Positions 1 through 10,518 of a DNA stretch of 20,000 nt are shown piece by piece. Origin of the DNA: Catajapyx aquilonaris. Its lineage: Eukaryota. Made by a program: the position numbers and the translations under genes. The notes beneath the pieces were generated by a model. It was not told where the DNA came from. It did not search any database and was given only the letters and a program-made list of their open reading frames with translations. Position 1 is the stretch's first letter. Each line of letters opens with the position of its first letter. The stretch covers positions 53,478-73,477 of the forward strand of contig JYFJ02001648.1 of NCBI GenBank assembly GCA_000934665.2, read 5' to 3'.

Positions 1-1384
1 TTCTTGCATAAGAGTGTTTTCAGAAATGCTTATAGGCTCGTACGTGACTTATCTAACGTCAGTTAAGCAGTGCTTGACCTTTAGTTGCCATTTACATGCA
101 GAATATATGGGAAATCCCGCCATCGAAGTGGTCATGGTCACTAGATAACAAATACAGTATATAGTATAACTCAAATTATCACTGCGAACTTGATAGGTTT
201 CAGGCTTTCCCATGCTTCAAGGCATTTTCTGCAGTTAAAACTCAACCCTTTTTGTCCAGCACTTCAAATGATTGTAAAATAATTGCATCGTGAAACTGAT
301 GTCTAACCTGATGTCAACCTGGACCTGGACATGTTCTTCAGTATGGTCTACTTTACTAGTTGGTCGAGATTTTAAAATTTACTCATTTGATTTGTGGAGC
401 CTTGTCCCTAATATGCACATAGCACAGGTAGGTGACATAACCTACTAATACTGTACTTTTGGTGTGTGACACTTGCTGCTTGCACATGTGCTTATGAATA
501 TATCAATGGCTCTCACTCTTTCTGCAACTGTAAACCAGCACCCACATCGTTGTGATAAAAATATTTTCTCAATTCTCAAGCAAATTATTTTTAAAGTACC
601 TTGACAGTCAAACATGAAATCGAAAGAATATTAATAAACGCGTTACAGAGTTAGCTGAAGTGAGAACAATGAGCTAAAACAGAGCTCAAATTGATTCGAC
701 ACAGTCTCCAGTTGCTGATAAAGGTTGACTGACTTGACTTGCTCTTTACGAGGAGCGAAGGTCAGCACAGCTCCTGTATGCAGTAATTTATATACTTCAC
801 TTTGAAGTTGCAAGGTTCTACTTGTAAAATCTAGACTATATAGAGTGAAGTAGGGTCGTATCCTGACCCTCCTTCCATCCCCCCTCGCTTAAATTAAAAT
901 TAGCACTGCCAGGAGGAATATATTTTGCGCTTTTTTTTAAAAAAAACTCATAATATCTGCAAAACTATAATTTTAATAAAGCTTTATTTTAGGGCCAGTT
1001 GACTCAACCCAAATTAAGAGAAAACCTCTAATTGCGTGGTTCGAATTTCGATGTATTTACAATACATAGGAAGAACTGAAATTCAGAACTATCACGAGAC
1101 TGATTTTGAGATAATAGTTTGAAATATTAAAACTGCGTTATCTATTGTGGAGGAAATTTTGTTTTCTTCAAAAACTTATCAACATGTATATGTGACTAAT
1201 ATTAATCTACTACAGTAGTACAATGACCTGACCAGACAGTGGACCTGCCCTTTCGTGACTATATTTTCATATCTTATTTTGATATTATTCGACCAACATT
1301 TCAAATCCATATTTTAGGAAGAGAATGATCATTTGCTACTAAAAAAACCAGCCCTTATGCTACATCGTCAATTTTGATGGATTC

Positions 1385-1557
1385 GACTCCAACATCCTGT
1401 CTTATTGCCTGCTGGTTTAATCCTCCTTGACATAGTTGACAACTATTAGCATGAGCAGTCACACCCAGCAGAATGTGTGACCACAACCGACACCACTCAC
1501 GCAATCTGCTGACCTGACCTACTGGGCAAAAACTGCATCCATGTAATGCGTGCATCT
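1385..1557 (+). mobile_element. Possible highly decayed BEL/Pao LTR-retrotransposon pol fragment (integrase zinc-binding region)
   Basis: Across frameshifts: QHPVLLP (1390-1410), HTQQNV*PQ (1460-1486; cf. H...HVGPQ), TYW (1517-1525), then CIH/CV, in the order of the Pao HPILLP...H...HAGP...YW...C..C motif. Confidence 0.35.
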
Positions 1558-1871
1558 ATTTTCATATCCCGCCCTGATATATCCCTGAAAAATCACACGC
1601 TCACATTCGTCCCATTCATTATCTCGCTCTGGCCTCTGCAGCATCTGGGACGCTGAAAAGAATCAGTGGCGTGCAAGAGATACACTCTATGTACACTCAA
1701 TTGGAGGCTGTCCTTTTCCCCATTGGTTCCCTGGAAGTCGGCGTCACAAGGACGAATTAAGTAGCCCCTAGAGGCAAAAGGGGAAGGGGTGGGTGGTTTG
1801 CTAGGAAATGATGCTCTTACTTGCACCATCAACATAGTTACGCCAAGAGCTACTCCAAGCAGCCGGACAGA

Positions 1872-3351
1872 ATGGCAGTCATCCTGGATAATTTCCTCGG
1901 ATTTTACTCCATTAAAACCGGAGCCATATTTTCCGGATTCTTCTGGCTGGTATGTGGAACTCTATAGTGATAAATTTGTGGCGTTGCAAGTGACATACTT
2001 TTTTTATGTGTCTAACATCAGGTGTTCGGATGGTTTGCGCTCAATACCACCACCAGCATAAGTATGTGGCATGCCATCTACGCAGTCACTCCAGCACATC
2101 AAAATGGTATTTATGACTCGATTTTCTTATGTGTACAGATTGTGTAATAATTTACCCCGGAAGAAACCGTTATGTCAAGTCTGGAAGGTCGTATAGCTCG
2201 ACAAAGCTCGTTGACCTACAAAAATTGAGCGGAGGAATAAACATGGGATTGTAAATAAATGCGGCGTAATATATAGTTTGTGGTATGCAAACATGGTGCC
2301 CAGACCGATGAAGGAAGCGTCTGTTGTGTTGCGTAAAGTTCTGTAGATGTCAGCAGGCTGACCTCAGTCACATTCATAAAAAAAAAAACAACAGCACGTG
2401 CCTTGTACTCAACCACTTCCAATGATTCCAATTGCATCTGTGTCTATCATTGATAGCCTGTCATTGTTGCTATAACTAACAATCCTGTCGATAGTTATGG
2501 GGCCAAGTCCGTGCGGAATAATTAAATTAGCGACGGATTACAAAACGGAAAACGTGTTTTAAGGCCAACTTCTGCGAATTTGAACCGGCCTTGGCGTAAT
2601 ACATTTTTTTCTCTCTTCTCATTACATAATGAGGAGTGAAGGGGTGGCTTGGTTAGAAGGAAGGGTTATTGAAGCTCCATAGGAAATACATTATTCGAAG
2701 CTCTCCTGTCACACACATGCTCGTTGTTAAAATGTGTAGAAAGTGGTATGACGCATGACAGCTTTCACAAGCATCAATCACACCATAGGCAATGTTGGGT
2801 ACGTAATATTAATGCGACTTTTTTTTCTTCTTCCTTACAGCTGATTTTTGGATACATTTTGTGCTGGCCCTGTACTTTGCCGGATTGAGCATCAGTTCGG
2901 TTCTAACCCTGATTGGTGTTAAGAAGGTAAAAAAAATCAGTAAAATATTTTACGCTCAAAGAGGTAGAATTTATTTTTTATTTATTTTGATGTTCACTCT
3001 TGAATTGTTAATTGTTAACGAGACATGATGTAATTTTTTTTAGAAAATACGATAGCATGCACACAATGCTCTTATACAAATTTCATATCGTAACTGTGAT
3101 TATTTCAGGACAAGCCTCGCTTTCTGATAGCATTCCTGGTCTACATGGTGCTCAACTCGTTGCTAATCCTGGTCGGCACAATAGTCGACTTTGCCATAGA
3201 CAGTTTCCATCCGTTCACTCTGTGTTTAGAACTGAACGGTATGGCTCTTCACGTGTACACATTTCTGATAGTCTTCGCTCATTACTATCAGCTCCGACGA
3301 TTCGGAGCATCCGACGGTGTCCAGATGGTGACAAGAACGCCAGAAGCATAA
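1872..3351 (+). CDS. Small four-transmembrane protein A, LAPTM/DUF4728-like, 163 aa; exons 1872-1949, 2022-2106, 2841-2926, 3109-3351
   Basis: All introns are GT-AG with phases 0,1,0 and the spliced frame is open: MAVILDNFLGFYSIKTGAIFSGFFWL|VFGWFALN...HQN|ADFWIHFVLALYFAGLSISSVLTLIGVKK|DKPRFLIAFLVYMVLNSLL...VYTFLIVFAHYYQLRR...TPEA*. Exon layout and motifs (FLGFY..K/R.G, G(V/I)xK.(K/R)...L..F, Y...V) match the two paralogs downstream. Family call is from remembered motif pattern, not a search. Confidence 0.85.
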
Positions 3352-3708
3352 TAATAATACCAAAGTGTGATCAAAGACATTTTTACAAGCCAGATATTTT
3401 TTTTTCGTATATTAAAAGGATGGTAAGATCTATCGACGGTTTAATGAAGAAGCATGTGCTGCGGGAATGCTCTGGATCGAGTGCCAAAATATTGTAAGGG
3501 TAGAATTGGCTGTAGAATGATGGACAAGGTGGTTGGCCATCTCTGGCGCCAGCAAAATAAACCATTGACGGTTTTAACCCAGTTTTCCCATTGGCTCTTT
3601 CACATTTGCGCACACTTTCCAGATGTAACTTTGGGCTATATTTAGGACCTACTGCGGAAGGATTCGTTTTTTCTCTTCCCTTATTCCGCTTGAGATCATC
3701 GGACAAGG

Positions 3709-4642
3709 ATGGTGCTACAAAATTTCTTGGGGTTTTACACCCTGAGAGATGGGACCATAATCAGCGCTCTTATTGTTGGGGTGAGTGTATCGATTACTTC
3801 TCAAATCAGTGTACCAAATTGGTTGAAATCAAAAGTCAAATATTCAAAATACATGCGACATCGCCAAAATAATGAGGGATCCAGTAGATACAATATGTCA
3901 AAAAAAAGTTTCTGACAAATCTTTCCTGGCACGAACATCAGCACTCAACCAAGGTGAAGGTTATGACGATAAAATTATTAAAAATATGCCCCAACAATTT
4001 TTGCATTCAACCAATCAATGCTCTCCCATTGTATATATACAAAACATAGTAACTGATATACTTGCAGATATGTAGCATGTACTACCTGCAATATTTTGTG
4101 AGCAAGTCTGTCATATACCTCACATCCGGAGCACCCGTTTACGCCCGTCCAGGTAAATAAACTTGTTACTTAGCCGGTCTAGATGATTTAAAAACCATGT
4201 TTTTTTTCAGGTGTGGAGACCATATTCCATGACAACTTTTGGGTTTCCGTCCTGTCATCTCTATACCTAGGAGCCTTGTTCGGAAGCTCACTTGCTGTGC
4301 TTTTTGGAATTAAAAAGGTTGGTTCAACAATGCTCGCAATATTGAGTTCGTGACTTGATACTTTTTTTTCTATAGGAAAGGATGAAGTACCTGGTGGCCT
4401 TTATGGTGCTTCTGATCGTCAACGACCTTCTGGTCATCATATTCATGGTGCTCCACATCGTCCGATATGGATTCCATCTCCCGGTCTTCTTCCTGTACGC
4501 AGACGTCATCTTGGTCAACTCGTACTTCTGCTTCGTGGCTTATTCATTCTCTTACGTCACCGGACACCCACACTCTGTCGCTGCTGTTGCTGATGTTGCT
4601 GGGCGTAGAAGTAATAAGAATGAAACTTCTCATCCGGTTTAG
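3709..4642 (+). CDS. Small four-transmembrane protein B, LAPTM/DUF4728-like, 176 aa; exons 3709-3780, 4068-4152, 4211-4317, 4376-4642
   Basis: GT-AG introns, phases 0,1,0. MVLQNFLGFYTLRDGTIISALIVG|ICSMYYLQYFVSKSVIYLTSGAPVYARP|GVETIFHDNFWVSVLSSLYLGALFGSSLAVLFGIKK|ERMKYLVAFMVLLIVN...NSYFCFVAYSF...ETSHPV*. Clear paralog of A and C. Confidence 0.87.
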
Positions 4643-7033
4643 CACACCGGGTGCGCAATTGCAAGAGGACAGAATCTACGTAGCGTGTATCCATTGGAGG
4701 TGTCCGTACCTATCTGGAGAATATTTTGGCTCTTATTTTAAGCATCAAACAAAATTATTATTAGCTACTAATTCATGCTACGTGGACTTATCATTTTTGA
4801 CTTTATAGCTTTTATTAAATATTTTAAGTATGCTGTGCTCATTGGTATTCAGCACCATTCAAACAAATTTAAATAATTTAAATGATGTATTACAAATAAT
4901 TAAAATTCACTGTAATGAGAGCTTGAATGATTCAACCTAATATTAGCAGTTAATTCCTTAAGAGAACATGTCATACAAAGCAACTTGCGGCAACAAAATT
5001 GCCAAGTTACAAAAATGACTAGTGGTGCACTTCAACTTCAGTTCAAATACATTAAATTTTACTCCAGTAATTATTGGCTTAGTTGCTGCGATAATAATAA
5101 ACATTTTGACATTGGAAAGGACAGTGCACCACTAGGTATATACACACTGATTTAAAATCAGAGTCAAAGTACTCAGTATTTGCAATAGTGTTGTTGTCAC
5201 GCTTGGCTTAATCATTAACAAGGTTAATCCTTGGAGTTTTTCCGATTAGCATGCACGTGCGACCTCAATATAGCGATTGAATCTCATTTGCTCTTCATGT
5301 ACTGTCGAGATTTCCTGTCGCGCAGCATATTATTCTTTAAAGTTCGACTTTAATGTTTTTAACATTGCAGAAAAAAACGCAGGCTGCATCTTATTGAAGG
5401 ACGTTTCAAATTGGTTTCTTATAAAATGGGAAATCTTTTACTCAAGGTTATAACCAGCTGATGACAAACCTCTTGCGCAATTTTGTAATAGTTATATGAT
5501 CATGGCCAAGAAGCAGTCTAGATATATTTTGAAAATGACCGTAAACGAAACATATTGGCCCTCAAACAACATGATATTGTTGCAGTGTTTGCAACAATTA
5601 ATTTTGAGCTTGCGTGGAGGCCATTGCTATATAAGGGCTCATGACCTTCTGTACTTATGACCAACGTCGCATTCCTAGAGCATTACACAATGTGGGTTAC
5701 TATATGAATTTGTTAATTAGAAGAAGTTTACACTAATAAAACCTAATGCAATCATAAGTGTAGATGATGGCTATAATGTGGTCCTTGTGCGACTTGTGCG
5801 CGACAGAAACGTTTGTTTATGCGACAAAACATTGCTTACATGCTCTGAGAAGATGTGGACATAAAATAGTGCAATGATGTCACTTTTATTTTGTACTAAA
5901 GCTGATGTGTGGCGCTTGTAAAATAATTATTACAGATGTGATACATTTTGCATTTACTGTGCCTAATGTGCAAGTATTTTTAAATGACAAATTCAGTGCT
6001 TCGCCGTAATTTGCAATTTGTGTCAATATCAATTACGTGTGTAATTTCACTCTGAAAATCCACATTAGTTGGCTTTCTTGTCATACTTTTGTTACTTCTG
6101 AAATATATGAAAATGTAACGTTCACATTACAGTGATAAAATAATGTCATGATAATGTGCTCCACTGTATAATTTTTGGCTTGGTATTAACTCCCAAACGA
6201 AAGTGTAAATGTTAAATTCTAGGTACCGGTATGATTAATTATCACAGAAATTCATAGGAGCTGGCTAAAAAGTATTTCATGAAAGAATTGCGGAATTATA
6301 TTTGAGATGCATAAAGCGGCATAAAGATACTTTCCGTTACTCGTATCTCAAAATGGCATGAAAATATTACATTGCAAAATCACAGAATGACATAATAACG
6401 TGGTGCTGCTATTTATGATCTGTTATGGATCTGCCTTTAGAGTTTAGATTAACGTGCCCTAAAATATGAAGCAATATTTTATTACACTTTTCATTGCAAT
6501 AGCCTAATTTAATTATGTAGAAGAATCGGTAGCTCTTGAACGCATCAATAAATGTATACAAACAGTATTCCTCATTTTAAAAATTTTGCTCTGTGATTCT
6601 TAGACATTCAATGACCTTCAAGGACGTGCACGCGAAGGTGACTCGGCATTGATTAACGAATTAATTAATAATACAGCCATATCAGTAACCCCGCCAGGAA
6701 TTCCCATATGTTACTTAACTGAACAAAAACAACCAACTTACTGTATTACCTGAGAAAAATCATGACGTAGGTACCATGCAAAGGAAGGGCGTGCAGTTCT
6801 TGGAAGAAGATCGAAATGAGCAGCCAGTTCGGCATTATCAAGTCGACTCAATGCCAGGCGATGTGAACACAATGAAACGTTTAATGAACCATAATGTAAA
6901 ATGGGTATAGGTTTGCATAATCTTATCTATATATGGTCCTTTATGTGCTATCAAAAATATGACATGAATTTTGTATGTATAGATATTATTTTGTGTTTAC
7001 GTGCCAATCGCTAGATTTTTTTCAATGGATGTA

Positions 7034-7153
7034 TATATACGCCAAATTGTTTCATACCCCCGGGGTATGAAACAATTTGTCGTACAGCACTATACCTAGG
7101 TATACGACAAATTGTTTCATACCCCGGGGGTATGAAACAATTTGGCGTATATA
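7034..7153. repeat. Perfect 51-bp inverted repeat with internally palindromic arms (MITE-like or cruciform)
   Basis: 7034-7084 is the exact reverse complement of 7103-7153, with an 18-bp spacer. Each arm holds caaattgtttcatacccc-N-ggggtatgaaacaatttg. Confidence 0.97.
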
Positions 7154-8325
7154 GTACTTGTGCAATATCAGGAAGTCTTTTGGCACAAGAGCTTTACTAC
7201 GTGTAATCCAGTAATTTATAGCATTTTCCAACTTATCATAATGTTTATCTTTCTTATAATCCTATCTGACATTATGTAAGCTTTTGGTGCGATAACAACT
7301 TTTCCATATAGCGCTTAAATTCCTAGTCTTAATTTAATTTTCATACTTCGATATTTCCCACTATCTACAAAATTCATCAAGGATATCTAAGAAAATGAGA
7401 AAAACCGCATAAAACCTTGAACATAACCTTGTGCGTGATTATTTAAAGTTACAATAATATCCGAGGCTTCTCCAAACCCGATATATTCCAAAAGCTGTTT
7501 GAAGTGACAAGTTCTGCCTTATAATCATGATGACACGCAAGCATGAATAACCCGGCAGTACTGATAAAATTGTACAAAAAAATAAATTGCCTCGTCGGTT
7601 TTGAGCGCATCCAACAACTCAACCGACACAATGTGCAACCAGTCATAACTTACATCTTCCTCCACCAAGCTCATCAAACTAGTTCTTTTGAAAGTGACAT
7701 CTCATTAGAAAGCAGCGTTTTGCAGGAAGCATGTCGCCTGAGCAGGAAACTTATTTGGGAACCGGCACGCAATTTTTTCTCTCAACATTATTAAAGCATA
7801 GTTTATAACCGCATTTCATCGATTCAACACCGACTCTCTATGATGACCCAATTGCATCAAATATAAAGCGCGTAGTATACTTGTCTTTTAATTGTAAGTT
7901 ATGCTTATATGAGGCACACAGTCATATGGTACTGTACTTCTCATGGGTATTGTTTATGATGTCAGGATCCAGCTGCGAAAAAAACATTCATGATCAGCAT
8001 GTATTTTTGCTTCTCTATTGCTCTACATGCTCTAGATTGCATACACCTGAGCTAGGACTCATTACAGGTACATGTATATCACCCTGATCAGCCTTGAATC
8101 CCCGATCAAATTCCCACGAGAAAGAAAATCCTCTTTGAATATTCCGCCACTTTGCTTGCATGCGCATCTGGCAAAAGCCTCTCTCTGATTGGTCGACCCG
8201 ATTGTTGAGCCATCCTCATCTCCTCAACCTCTTCTCACAAATCGAGGTCACTAGCAACTTACAAGAGTCTACCCAGAGAATCCGATCCACAGGTTGTGCT
8301 GAAGAATCACTCGAAACGACCAAAC

Positions 8326-9133
8326 ATGGTTCTGAAAACGTGCCTTGGACTGTTCTCCCTTCGAGGGGGAACAATATTCGCTGGATTTATGGCTGCGGTA
8401 TGTACTAATTCCATTTATTAAAAAAATGTAAGTGACATTTGGGTGTACACTCTTTGCAGCTGTCAGGCATGTACGTTTTTCAAATGTGTGTCAGCATCAT
8501 TGCGGCTGTTGCTATGCACCAAGGATCCAGCTCATCAGGTATTTGTTTTTAATATATTATACCGGCATACCATGCATAATACGAGTGTGTCCTTGACGCC
8601 ATATTTTTGTTGACCCTGAAAATGGCTTGATTGCGCAGAAAATACCGCGCGATTTTTTTCAATACCTTACTATCCCTTTCACTGCTGAAGATACATTCCA
8701 ATTCGTTTGCTAACCTACTAACCCCAAAAACAGGACCGTTCTGGTTTTTGCTGTCTGTGACCTTTTACGCCGCTGGACTGTTCCTCAGCTCCGTTTTGGC
8801 CCTGGTTGGAGTCCATAAGGTACAGTCTGCTACATGTGAAGGAGAAAGCAACTTGTCTATATTGGGTGTGTCCACAATTTTGTGTTTCAGAATCGTCCAA
8901 GACGTCTGGTTCCTTTCCTGGTGTTCCTGGTGCTGAACGTGATCTTGATCGTGGCCTTCTTCATCTTCATAACAGTCCACGCCACATTCGTGTCCATCTA
9001 CTTCTTCTACACAATTGACGGGGTGGTGTCCAACGTGTACTTCTTCTTCGTGGTCTACGCCTACGCTTGTCACGTTCGTCGCACAGGAGGAGACGAGGGA
9101 GTGGCAATGACCAACAATGCTCATCGTGTTTAG
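8326..9133 (+). CDS. Small four-transmembrane protein C, LAPTM/DUF4728-like, 159 aa; exons 8326-8397, 8460-8538, 8734-8819, 8891-9133
   Basis: GT-AG introns, phases 0,1,0; exons 3 and 4 (86 and 243 nt) have the same lengths as in gene A. MVLKTCLGLFSLRGGTIFAGFMAA|LSGMYVFQMCVSIIAAVAMHQGSSSS|GPFWFLLSVTFYAAGLFLSSVLALVGVHK|NRPRRLVPFLVFLVLN...NVYFFFVVYAY...NAHRV*. Confidence 0.87.
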
Positions 9134-10294
9134 TAATAATCATTGTTGCCAGAACTGGCAGAATTTGAGCAATGTGCGACCGGTGTTTATGCTTCGCGGA
9201 GCATAGATGTTACCCAAGATATAGGGAAAGGAGTTGGCGACAGAAACATTAGAATGTGATCCTTGTTGAATATTTGCTGTAAACGTACAATCTTGTTGTT
9301 GAGAGGCAAACAACATAACATAATATTGCAAAAATTATCGAGACTGTGAGATAGAATGAAGGAATTCTAATGGTGCCAACATCAAGACACATTGTAAATT
9401 TGTAATCACTTTAAAGCACAATCAGAAGAACATATATTGGGTTAGTACACTCCGGTACACTCGGACATATCGGGGTCTAAGAGTATATCATAAGTCGGGA
9501 TATAATTATTATCTTATTCATTGAATTGTGTCGAGTTTTTAATATGTATTGCGACAGTTTACATGTAAAATCTGTTTAAAATAATTATAGAAGCATGTGT
9601 GTAAGATTTTGCTAATCGTATGAGGTACAGCGCAACGAAATCATTTGGTCCAAATACCGTTCCGTATTTTGTTAAAAAGTTGGAAATTAGACTTTGTTAG
9701 TACAAATACCATGCGCTGCTTGAACCTCAGCTATGTTAACGACATCAAAGTTAACTTCATTACCATTTACCGGAGGCAGATTTTTAATAAGGCAGATAAG
9801 TTGCCACTAATGAACACCTTTCTAGCCTACAGTTGTAAGCTAAGCCCTCTAATTACTGTTAATTACTTGTGTGAGGTTCATGTGATACAAAATATATAGC
9901 CTACCGTATAAGAAGCTATTATTATTGTCCTTTTAGGTAATTTGTACTGAATATAACTGAAATGTTGATCTTTGTACGCTAAGGCATATTGTCGCTGATG
10001 ACAAGTTAACTTAGCTAATGCATTTAAACACACAATTTAAAAAATCTGGACAAGTATGTTATTATTATAATTTCTGACGATGCTTCACCAGTCACTGTAA
10101 GTCGCCGGAAAAGGTTTCTGGCTTCCTTCTTGGCACAGGCCATAATGATAATATTATGACGTATGACGTTCATTTTTAGATTGCATGGCCCCAAGTTGAG
10201 TTCATCGCATCCTTTTGGTCTGCGCAGTGGCCCTGAGCTGGGTCACCTGCTCAATATGTAGGTCAACTTTGACAGACCACGTTGGATTAAGTTG

Positions 10295-10347
10295 TCAGAT
10301 AGGATTGTACTTGTTCACAGGTGAATTTGTTGTCACAATGGGTCGTC
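10295..10347 (-). CDS. Candidate extra terminal coding exon of SR-B copy 1 (GRPIVTTNSPVNKYNPI*), giving a 503-aa isoform
   Basis: A phase-1 donor TACG|GTGAAT at 10579/10578 joins acceptor CAATAG| at 10348/10347 in frame. DNA and peptide resemble the tail of copy 2 (cacaggtgaatt vs cacaggagaatt; NSPV...PI in both). The acceptor has a weak polypyrimidine tract. Confidence 0.55.
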
Positions 10348-10512
10348 CTATTGAATGTTTCATTGTCTCAAATCATACCACGCCTTAATTCTCCATTTGC
10401 ATAGTATGAAATATTCCACCTTAATGAACGGCAAAATTAGTGTCCAAAAAAAACTTCAACAATGTAGTGGTATAATATGGACAAGTTATTGTACATTCAC
10501 AATGTTGCAATA

Positions 10513-10518
10513 TTTATT
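10513..10518 (-). terminator. AATAAA poly(A) signal overlapping the TAA stop of the unspliced exon-8 form of SR-B copy 1
   Basis: tttatt on + at 10513-10518; stop codon tta on + at 10517-10519. Confidence 0.4.

Noticed and set aside
991..1050. gggccagttgactcaa ... ggttcgaat resembling tRNA/SINE A and B boxes
   Set aside because: No acceptor stem, anticodon arm or proper T-stem pairing can be built; motifs are too degenerate.
3012..3497. 161-aa ORF, and antisense ORFs such as 3383-3706 and 8765-9124
   Set aside because: They are off-frame or antisense shadows of real exons, with no recognisable motifs.
3352..3708. Very short gap between genes A and B suggesting a dicistronic transcript
   Set aside because: An AATAAA near 3557 and a TATA-like ctatattta near 3636 allow independent termination and initiation.
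7220..7790. Minus-strand frame with long stretches between stops (MLREKIACRFPNK...), possibly a decayed transposase or viral gene beside the palindrome
   Set aside because: Multiple stops and no motif I can assign; would need a blastx hit to support.
10177..10246. Alternative phase-1 last exon for copy 1 (GDPAQGHCADQKDAMNSTWGHAI*)
   Set aside because: Weak acceptor and no similarity to the copy 2 tail, unlike the 10347-10295 candidate.
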